Source of the DNA: Oligoflexia bacterium
Lineage (GTDB): Bacteria; Bdellovibrionota; UBA1018
Length of the DNA: 58,195 nt
Direction: 5' to 3'
Assembly (NCBI GenBank): GCA_046317855.1
Contig: JBKCVM010000135.1
Span: 1-58,195, forward strand
Part shown: positions 51,043 to 58,195 of the stretch, piece after piece
Layout: the number at the start of each line of letters is the position of its first letter
How positions within the stretch are numbered: position 1 is the first letter of the stretch
Notes under the pieces: generated by a model
Database searches by the model: none
The model's input: only the letters and a program-made list of their open reading frames with translations
Told to the model about the DNA's origin: nothing
Program-made: the position numbers and the translations under genes

Positions 51043-51636
51043 ATGACAAGAACCACGAAGGCCTCGTTTGCCTCGGTCCTCATCCCCGTCCTGGTGGTAC
51101 TCGCAGTCGCATGGGGAGCCTTGAGCTTACTGAAGTCCAGCTTGGGCACTCGAACCCACTCTACGGCCGCAGTTGATTTTAAGGTAGGCGCCATCCTTCC
51201 AGATCTCCGATTTGAGTCTCTGGACGGCTCTTCTGCTAAAGGCGTGATGCTTTCTCAGTCTAAACACAAGGTCCTACTGATCAATTTTTGGGCTACTTGG
51301 TGTGAAGCCTGTATGGACGAAATGCCTTCCCTGGTTAAACTGCACCAAGAGTTCCACTCCCAGGGCTTTGAAATTTATGGAGTGAATCTGGACGAAAAAC
51401 CACAGCAAGCGATCCCGGCTACGGTGGCGGAGTTTGGCATTCCCTTTCCCAACTTCGTCGATCGCGACGAAAAACTGAGTGATGCATTTGATGTTCATGC
51501 CATCCCTCTGACGATCATCATTGATCAATCAAGAAGAGTACTAGAAACCGTAGCGGGCGATCGAAATTGGATGCGCGCGGACTTCGTGGAGCGCCTGAAA
51601 GGCTGGCTTGCTCAGGCAGACCAGGCAAAACGATAG
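51043..51636 (+). CDS. TlpA/ResA-family membrane-anchored thiol:disulfide oxidoreductase
   Basis: N-terminal TM; LINFWATWCEACMDEMPSL, VNLD, IPLTIIID; start at 51031 or 51043. Confidence 0.92.
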   Translation: MTRTTKASFASVLIPVLVVLAVAWGALSLLKSSLGTRTHSTAAVDFKVGAILPDLRFESLDGSSAKGVMLSQSKHKVLLINFWATWCEACMDEMPSLVKLHQEFHSQGFEIYGVNLDEKPQQAIPATVAEFGIPFPNFVDRDEKLSDAFDVHAIPLTIIIDQSRRVLETVAGDRNWMRADFVERLKGWLAQADQAKR

Positions 51637-52859
51637 TAGATCTCTTCAAATCGCCTGAACGGCAAAATTGCATAGGCCGCATCCATTCCTGGCTCCAGCG
51701 TGCCACGAGACTTCTCAAAACCGAGTGCACGGGCTCCATTGTAAGTCACTGCGGCAAACAGCTCAGATCGGGACATTTGAAGATAAAGAGCCCCAATCGT
51801 CATGACTGCTGGAAGATTCAGCGTCATGCAGGTCCCTGGATTAAAGTCCGTTGAAAGAGCCACCCGAGCTCCAGCTTCGATCAGAGCTCGGGCCGGAGCA
51901 TGCGGCGCCCTAAGGTAAAAAGCCGTTCCCGGCAGTAAAACTGCCGTGGTCTGGGACTTGGCCAAGGCCTCCACTCCTTTGGGTGAGATTTTCAGAAGAT
52001 GATCTGCGGACAGAGCCCCCAGTTCTGCGGCCAGAGCTGCTGACTCTGTATTAGACAGTTCGTCGGCATGGATCTTGAGTTTGAATCCTAGGCTCGCAGC
52101 CTTTAATAAAATTCTCCGGCCTTCTGCACCGGTAAAATAACCTTCGTCAATAAAGACATCGACTGCGTCTGCACATTTCAATTTTGCAATTTTTGGAAGA
52201 GTCCGCTCAATCATCTCCCGCACATACTCGTCGCGATTTCTGTCTGTCGGGATGGCGTGCGCACCTAAATAAGTGGACTGAAATTTGACGTCAGGAAAAA
52301 TCTCAGACAGTCGTCGAACCACTTGGAGTTGCCTGATCTCCGAATCCTCGTCTAACCCATAACCACTCTTGATCTCGAGGGTACGCACTCCATAACGATA
52401 GGCCTCACGAACTCGCGGCACCGCGAGCCGCAATAACTCAGCTGAAGTCGCTCCACGAGTCGCCCTAACCGTGGAGACAATTCCGCCCCCAGAGGCTGCA
52501 ATCTGTTCGTAGGTGGCACCCCCACAGCGCCGAGCAAACTCATCTGAACGGTCGCCGGCAAAGACAAGATGGGTATGACAGTCCACGAGGCCCGGGACCA
52601 CCGCGTGCCTGCCTTTGAGATCACGAGTCCGCGATGAATTTCTGAATTTCTTTGGTAGCTCGGATGTGCTCCCAGTCCAAAGGACGGCGCCGACTCGCTC
52701 TTTTTGACCCACACCTATCGTCTCATAAACGATAGCTCCGTCCTCGACTCGACCGAGATCACTCTCACTGGGATGTCTCCCATCCTTTGCTCTCACCCCC
52801 GACCCGGTCAGGAGCTCAGCAGCATGGATCAAGGCTTTCCAATTTTTATTTTTTCTCAC
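51612..52859 (-). CDS. hutI: Imidazolonepropionase
   Basis: PGLVDCHTHLVFAG.R..EF, GGGI, EIKSGYGL, LGAH, HADEL, SADHL, STDFNPG. Confidence 0.97.
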   Translation of the reverse strand: MRKNKNWKALIHAAELLTGSGVRAKDGRHPSESDLGRVEDGAIVYETIGVGQKERVGAVLWTGSTSELPKKFRNSSRTRDLKGRHAVVPGLVDCHTHLVFAGDRSDEFARRCGGATYEQIAASGGGIVSTVRATRGATSAELLRLAVPRVREAYRYGVRTLEIKSGYGLDEDSEIRQLQVVRRLSEIFPDVKFQSTYLGAHAIPTDRNRDEYVREMIERTLPKIAKLKCADAVDVFIDEGYFTGAEGRRILLKAASLGFKLKIHADELSNTESAALAAELGALSADHLLKISPKGVEALAKSQTTAVLLPGTAFYLRAPHAPARALIEAGARVALSTDFNPGTCMTLNLPAVMTIGALYLQMSRSELFAAVTYNGARALGFEKSRGTLEPGMDAAYAILPFRRFEEIYYRFAWSA

Positions 52860-52882
52860 AACCCGAGCTTAACGCAGGTCGG

Positions 52883-53872
52883 CTACGCGATCCATTCGGC
52901 AGGGTCGTCTGTACCTGGATTATGATCCGATGGGGGCGTGACGTGCCGAATCTCTAGTTCTTCCAGACGAAACCACGGCTGATCTTGCCAAGTTTTCAGA
53001 GAAATTTCCTCTTGTCCGCGTCCTGAGGGGTGAAAGCAGTCCGCAGCAAGAGACTCAAGACGGATTTCTTCACTAAAAAGCCGTTCGCTAAAGACCATTC
53101 GCAAATGGGGAAACTCCTCTTCAGCTGCACTCACAGCATGCGCAATCGCCTGGTTTACCGCAGCCACCCGTTTTAATGCGGCCAAGAATCCAGAGCGGTC
53201 TGCCCACAGCGTCAAAGAACTGCAAAGCCCAAGCACGCGATTTCGAAACGTTTCACAATCAAGCCCAAAAAGGGTCGGATGTTTCCGGATTTCTGGCCTT
53301 CCCAAATCTGGGATTTGAGGTGCACCCAAAACGAGGATTCGAATGGGCTCGCGCTGAGAAATCCCAGTAGAAATCACTCGCGCTGCCAAAAGAATCGATT
53401 CACGAATCTCCGCCAGAGCAAGGTCAGGATCCGCGCTCTGCTCTAAATCACAGGCATCATTTGAACCCACGGTTAGGACCACATAAGGAAGAGATTCATA
53501 TCCGCCGATTTTGAAGGCGCGGACCAAGTGCCGAGCTTGAGTGACCAAACCCTGTGCCAAATTTCCGGCCTGGGATAAATTCAGAACCTCGAGCTGTCGA
53601 AAATCTTTCTGACTCCTCAGGTATTTTCTAAGTAATAAGAAATGGGATTTGATGGACCTGCCTGAACCCCATGACAAACTTTCTTTATTAGACAGAAGAC
53701 CAGCCACACCCAGCGGAGCGGGCGACAGGGGAACATCCGCAAACGTGGCCGCAGAGATTGAATCTCCAAGAACCCCCATGAGGAGTTTAGCGTGAGCCTC
53801 AGCACTGTTCACTGCTAACGTGACGCCTAAAGTGACAAATGAAACGAGAACTAACAGTGTCCTACAGAGCAC
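52883..53872 (-). CDS. Secreted SGNH/GDSL-family hydrolase
   Basis: Signal peptide; LGDSIS (block I), GSNDAC (block III), DCFHP (block V). Confidence 0.85.
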   Translation of the reverse strand: MLCRTLLVLVSFVTLGVTLAVNSAEAHAKLLMGVLGDSISAATFADVPLSPAPLGVAGLLSNKESLSWGSGRSIKSHFLLLRKYLRSQKDFRQLEVLNLSQAGNLAQGLVTQARHLVRAFKIGGYESLPYVVLTVGSNDACDLEQSADPDLALAEIRESILLAARVISTGISQREPIRILVLGAPQIPDLGRPEIRKHPTLFGLDCETFRNRVLGLCSSLTLWADRSGFLAALKRVAAVNQAIAHAVSAAEEEFPHLRMVFSERLFSEEIRLESLAADCFHPSGRGQEEISLKTWQDQPWFRLEELEIRHVTPPSDHNPGTDDPAEWIA

Positions 53873-53899
53873 CTCTAAAAACTCTGCAAGAAACCCACC

Positions 53900-55564
53900 T
53901 CATTTTGAAAGCATTGGAATACGGCCGCCGCGTGCGACAAATGCCGTACGGCCAATCTGCTGCGAACTCTCATAGCCAGCGTCGGCATGGCGCACCACGC
54001 CCATGCCGCAGTCGGAGTTGAGCACGCGAGTGAGTCGCCACGCCGCATCTTGAGTGCCATCCGCTACGACAACCATTCCTGAATGCAGCGAATAACCCAT
54101 CCCCACTCCGCCCCCGTGATGGAGGCTTACCCAGGACGCGCCGTTCACCGCATTAATGAGAGCATTCAAGATAGGCCAGTCTCCGACGGCGTCCGAACCA
54201 TCTTTCATTCCTTCGGTTTCACGATTCGGAGAAGCCACAGAACCGCAATCCAAATGGTCACGACCAATCACGATGGGCGCCTTGACCTTGCCGGTCCGAA
54301 CTAGCTCATTAAATGCCAAGCCCGCCTTCTCGCGCTGGCCGTAGCCCAGCCAGCAAATGCGTGCCGGAAGACCCTGAAACGCAATGCGCTCTTCAGCCAT
54401 CTGCAGCCAGCGCTGCAGACCCCGATCCTCCGGAAAGAGCTCAAGCATGGCACGATCGGTGACTGCGATATCAGCGGGATCCCCCGAAAGGACTGCCCAA
54501 CGAAACGGACCGCGGCCCTCACAAAACTGCGGTCGAATGTAGAGTGGGACAAACCCCTTAAAGTCGAACGCATTCTTAACGCCGACTTTCAGAGCTTGAC
54601 CTCGGATGTTGTTGCCGTAATCAAACACATGCGAGCCACGCCGCTGAAATTCTAGCATCGCCTCCACATGACGGCCCATGCTGGCCATCGAGCATTCGAT
54701 GTATCGCTTGGGATTTTTTTTACGAAGCTCGAGTGCCTCGGCAAGGGACATCCCGTGTGGAATGTAGCCGTTGAGCTCGTCATGTGCACTGGTCTGATCG
54801 GTGACCAGCTCAGGCATAAAGCCGCGATCGAGTAACTGCCAAAGGACTTCGGCAGCATTTCCGATCAGGCCGATCGAACGTGCCTCACGCAACTTACGGT
54901 AGCGTTCGACGCGTTTCAGCGCGTCGTCGAGACTGTCGGCAATTTCATCTAAATACCGAGTCTCAACCCTGCGGCGTGCCCGCTCGGGGTCCACTTCGAT
55001 ATTTAAAGAGATGGCGCCCGCCATGGAGGCAGCCAGCGGCTGTGCGCCCCCCATTCCACCCAGGCCAGCTGTAAGGATGACTCGACCCGATAGATCTCCA
55101 CCCAAGTGCTGCCTGCCGGCCTCAGCAAAAGTCTCGTAAGTTCCCTGAACAATCCCTTGAGTCCCGATATAAATCCAGGAGCCCGCGGTCATCTGACCGT
55201 ACATCATGAGGCCGCGATCTTCGAGCTCTCTAAAGTGCTCCCAAGTGGCCCATTTAGGAACGAGCACGCTGTTGACCAGGATCACGCGCGGAGCAAGCCG
55301 ATGGCTCGGCATTACAGCCACGGGCTTGCCGCTTTGCACGAGCAGGGTCTGTTCGTCGGTCAGGTCTCTCAAAGAGCGAACGATTGCATCGAAGCACTCC
55401 CAGTTGCGAGCGGCCTTGCCAATTCCGCCGTAGACTACAAGCTCTTCGGGCTTTTCAGCCACCTCGGGATCCAGATTATTCATGAGCATGCGGAGCGCAG
55501 CCTCTTGCTGCCAGCCCTTGCAAGAAATCTGAGTCCCCTTGGGAACGCGGACCACTCGACTCAT
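53900..55564 (-). CDS. hutU: Urocanate hydratase
   Basis: [63 protein letters not shown]. Confidence 0.98.
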   Translation of the reverse strand: MSRVVRVPKGTQISCKGWQQEAALRMLMNNLDPEVAEKPEELVVYGGIGKAARNWECFDAIVRSLRDLTDEQTLLVQSGKPVAVMPSHRLAPRVILVNSVLVPKWATWEHFRELEDRGLMMYGQMTAGSWIYIGTQGIVQGTYETFAEAGRQHLGGDLSGRVILTAGLGGMGGAQPLAASMAGAISLNIEVDPERARRRVETRYLDEIADSLDDALKRVERYRKLREARSIGLIGNAAEVLWQLLDRGFMPELVTDQTSAHDELNGYIPHGMSLAEALELRKKNPKRYIECSMASMGRHVEAMLEFQRRGSHVFDYGNNIRGQALKVGVKNAFDFKGFVPLYIRPQFCEGRGPFRWAVLSGDPADIAVTDRAMLELFPEDRGLQRWLQMAEERIAFQGLPARICWLGYGQREKAGLAFNELVRTGKVKAPIVIGRDHLDCGSVASPNRETEGMKDGSDAVGDWPILNALINAVNGASWVSLHHGGGVGMGYSLHSGMVVVADGTQDAAWRLTRVLNSDCGMGVVRHADAGYESSQQIGRTAFVARGGRIPMLSK

Positions 55565-57108
55565 TTTACACCTTCCTTTTCAAGCAAGCCTACCACCTCG
55601 GGAGACAGCAACATGCATTCAAGCCGTAGCAGGTCCTCATGGAACGAACGATCGACTTGCGCAAAGTCTGCTTGGCTTCGAATGAGAGCATGCATCGACT
55701 CGATGGCCCGCGAGCTCTTGAGCGGCCTGAGTAGATCGATTCCCTGAGCTGCGCTCAAGGCCTCCATGGCCAGCACCCTGCGGACATTGACTACGACCTG
55801 CCCAGCCTTGCGAGCGGCCCATGCACCCATACTGACATGGTCCTCTTTATCTGCCGACGTCGGAATCGAGTCGACTGAAGCCGGATGGCAAAGCGTCTTA
55901 TTTTCAGAAACGATACTCGCCGCGGCCACTTGGATGATCATAAAGCCAGAATGCAGACCTCCGTTCTTGATCAAAAAAGCGGGGAGATCAGAAAGCGCTG
56001 GGTTAATGAGCTTTTCCATCCGCTGTTCAGAGATACTTGCAATCTCAGCCATCGCGATAGCTAAGACATCCATCGCAATAGAAACGATCTGACCGTGAAA
56101 GTTACCCCCGCTCAAGATCCGATCCGCAGCTGGAAAAAGGAGCGGATTATCCGTCACCGAATTAATCTCTCGCTCAAGCACTCCGCGCACGAAAGCCAGA
56201 GCGTCGCGCGACGCTCCGTGGACTTGTGGAATGCAGCGCACAGAATAGGGGTCTTGAACCTTGCCACAGCCCTCATGGCTGCGCGCGATCTCTGATTTTC
56301 CGGGCTTACCACTGCGCGAAAGCAGGAGCCTACGCACATTTGCAGCAACCAACACCTGCCCCGGATGGGGTCGTACAGAATGGATTTCAGGCTCAAAGGC
56401 GCTCTCTGTTCCGCGAAGCGCTTCGACCGTCATCGCCCCCAGAAGATCAGCCACTCGGCAAAGGTGTTCTGCCTCGAGCAACGCAAGAGAACCCACTGCA
56501 GACATGAACTGCGTGCCGTTGATGAGCGCTAAGCCTTCTTTGGGACCCAACTGCAGAGGCTTGAGTCCTGCCTGTTTGAGACCCTGAGCGCCCCCCATGA
56601 CTCTACCTTTAACTCGGACCTTGCCTTCGCCAATCAGCGGCAGAGCAAGGTGTGAAAGAGGCGCAAGATCCCCACTGGCGCCGACCGACCCCTGCGAAGG
56701 AACGAGCGGGTGAATGCCCTGGTTCAAAAAATCTAGTAGCTGCTGCACCGTCTTCACAGAAACGCCTGAATGCCCTTGGCAGAGATTCCATGCGCGCAGC
56801 AGGAGCATTGCCCGCACCGCGGGGTCAGGAAGATAATCTCCCACGCCTACTGCATGCGAGCGGATGAGGTTGACTTGGAGCTGAGCGATATCGCTCGACT
56901 CGATTCGAACGTTGGAGAGCAGACCAAAGCCAGTGTTAATTCCGTAAAAGGTTCCGCCCGAGGCGATCTTTTGCTTCAAAAACTGGTTTGCCTTTTCGAT
57001 GCGCCGCTTGGCAGGAGTACCCAGCTCAACCCTCCTGCCGTCCCAGGCCACTGACTTCAAGACCTCTAGGGTCAGAGACTCATCAGCAAGGACCCAAGCT
57101 TTACTCAT
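55561..57108 (-). CDS. hutH: Histidine ammonia-lyase
   Basis: [27 protein letters not shown] (MIO-forming ASG), [31 protein letters not shown]. Confidence 0.98.
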   Translation of the reverse strand: MSKAWVLADESLTLEVLKSVAWDGRRVELGTPAKRRIEKANQFLKQKIASGGTFYGINTGFGLLSNVRIESSDIAQLQVNLIRSHAVGVGDYLPDPAVRAMLLLRAWNLCQGHSGVSVKTVQQLLDFLNQGIHPLVPSQGSVGASGDLAPLSHLALPLIGEGKVRVKGRVMGGAQGLKQAGLKPLQLGPKEGLALINGTQFMSAVGSLALLEAEHLCRVADLLGAMTVEALRGTESAFEPEIHSVRPHPGQVLVAANVRRLLLSRSGKPGKSEIARSHEGCGKVQDPYSVRCIPQVHGASRDALAFVRGVLEREINSVTDNPLLFPAADRILSGGNFHGQIVSIAMDVLAIAMAEIASISEQRMEKLINPALSDLPAFLIKNGGLHSGFMIIQVAAASIVSENKTLCHPASVDSIPTSADKEDHVSMGAWAARKAGQVVVNVRRVLAMEALSAAQGIDLLRPLKSSRAIESMHALIRSQADFAQVDRSFHEDLLRLECMLLSPEVVGLLEKEGVK

Positions 57109-57109
57109 C

Positions 57110-57778
57110 TCAAACCGCCTTCAGTGCAGCGATAGCCGCCGCACGATCCTTTTTTTTGAAAACCGCCGATCCGGCGACCAGCACATCTGCTCCCGCCTCC
57201 ACAAGTTCACGGTGGTTCTTGTCAGTGATGCCGCCATCCACTTCGATCAAGAACGAGAGCTCACCGAGCTTTCTGATTTCATTGAGGCGCTCCACCTTGG
57301 CTGCAGCCGACTGAATGAGCTTCTGTCCTCCAAAGCCAGGATTCACGGTCATTACGAGAACAAGATCTACGTCGGGCAATACTTCCTCGATTGCCGAGAG
57401 TGGTGTTGCGGGGTTGATTGAAACACCGGCCTTGCAGCCGAGCTCGCGGATTTGCGCAATCAGACGATCCAAGTGGTGGGTGGCTTCCGCATGAACAGTC
57501 ATCACCGATGCGCCGGCCTTGGCAAAATGCTCTACCCAGTCTTCAGGACGGCTCACCATGAGGTGACAATCTAAAGGAAGGCGGGTGTGCGGCTTAATCG
57601 CTTCAACGACTAACGGACCCACGGTCAGGTTGGGCACAAAGTGGCCGTCCATCACGTCAATATGCAGCCAGTCGGCACCGCCCGCCTCAACGGCAGCGAC
57701 TTCTTCTCGCAGCCGAGAAAAATCAGCAGAAAGCAGGCTTGGGGCAACCAGCACAGAGGACCCAGAATGAATCTTCAT
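57110..57778 (-). CDS. rpe: Ribulose-phosphate 3-epimerase
   Basis: APSLLSADF, HIDVMDGHFVPN, DCHLM, MTVNPGFGGQ, EVDGG, VAGSAVF. Confidence 0.98.
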   Translation of the reverse strand: MKIHSGSSVLVAPSLLSADFSRLREEVAAVEAGGADWLHIDVMDGHFVPNLTVGPLVVEAIKPHTRLPLDCHLMVSRPEDWVEHFAKAGASVMTVHAEATHHLDRLIAQIRELGCKAGVSINPATPLSAIEEVLPDVDLVLVMTVNPGFGGQKLIQSAAAKVERLNEIRKLGELSFLIEVDGGITDKNHRELVEAGADVLVAGSAVFKKKDRAAAIAALKAV

Positions 57779-57817
57779 GAATGCTCACAACCTAACCCGT
57801 CGGGCTGTGAGCCGCAA

Positions 57818-58195
57818 CTATGCGAGCCTCCACTCGAGCCCATGTGCGCCTGTCCCCGGCCTACCCCGAAAGCCGTTAATGAACTCCGAAGCAAGCTGCG
57901 GGCGTTTGCCATCCTGCTGCAGCTCAAGCACCTCAAGACAGCCATCACGAGCACTCAAAAAAAGGCGCCCACCGGACTCAAAAAGACAGCCTCCGCGAGG
58001 AGCGACTTCCGGCCTTGGCAAAACCTTGCGGATCTTGAGCCGCTCGCCCCCAGGCGCTAACCAGACGCTCGTACCCGGCCACGGATTGAGGGCACGCACC
58101 TGACAGTCCAGCTCCCGCACTGATTTTACAGGGTCGAGCTTTTCCATCTCTTTAGTGAGCTTAGAGGCAATCGTGACTCTTGACTCATCCTGCGC
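57818..58195 (-). CDS. fmt: Methionyl-tRNA formyltransferase, C-terminal part (5' end outside the window)
   Basis: Frame open to the window edge: QDESRVTIASKLTKE...VRALNPWPG...ELQQDGKR...FING; directly upstream of rpe. Confidence 0.85.
   Translation of the reverse strand, partial: AQDESRVTIASKLTKEMEKLDPVKSVRELDCQVRALNPWPGTSVWLAPGGERLKIRKVLPRPEVAPRGGCLFESGGRLFLSARDGCLEVLELQQDGKRPQLASEFINGFRGRPGTGAHGLEWRLA

Noticed and set aside
52883-53872. SGNH hydrolase as a non-orthologous HutG replacement
   Set aside because: It has an export signal and cysteines suggesting disulfides, whereas formiminoglutamate is a cytoplasmic intermediate

Overview
A 58 kb, gene-dense stretch of core bacterial chromosome, most consistent with a Bdellovibrionota/Oligoflexia-like (ex-deltaproteobacterial, possibly predatory) organism. 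That assignment is inferred from the dnaX-recR-mglA-dksA order without mglB, the Flp/TadE-like pilin and the many signal-peptide hydrolases. Housekeeping content: tRNA-Pro(GGG), lpxC, ruvCAB, rho-rpmE-prfA-prmC-murA-hinT, mltG, a rearranged dcw cluster (rsmH-ftsL-ftsI-murE-mraY-murD-ftsW-murG-murC-murB, then ftsQ-ftsA-ftsZ), mreB, rlmE, hutH-hutU-hutI, rpe and a partial fmt. I see no mobile element, CRISPR array or rRNA. The most interesting signals are: (1) tandem DksA paralogues, the second with a DxxDxT coiled-coil tip and its own candidate sigma54/IHF/enhancer promoter behind a terminator; (2) a serine palmitoyltransferase plus bacterial ceramide synthase-like pair placed directly upstream of ruvCAB; (3) a signal-peptide-bearing amidoligase-fold protein next to tRNA-Pro; (4) a stand-alone transglycosylase plus stand-alone transpeptidase heading the dcw cluster; (5) a CxxC-tailed pilin divergent from a TlpA oxidoreductase; (6) a sigma54-type promoter architecture at lpxC; (7) several apparently leaderless genes. 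All product calls come from motif recognition by eye; no database searches were run.
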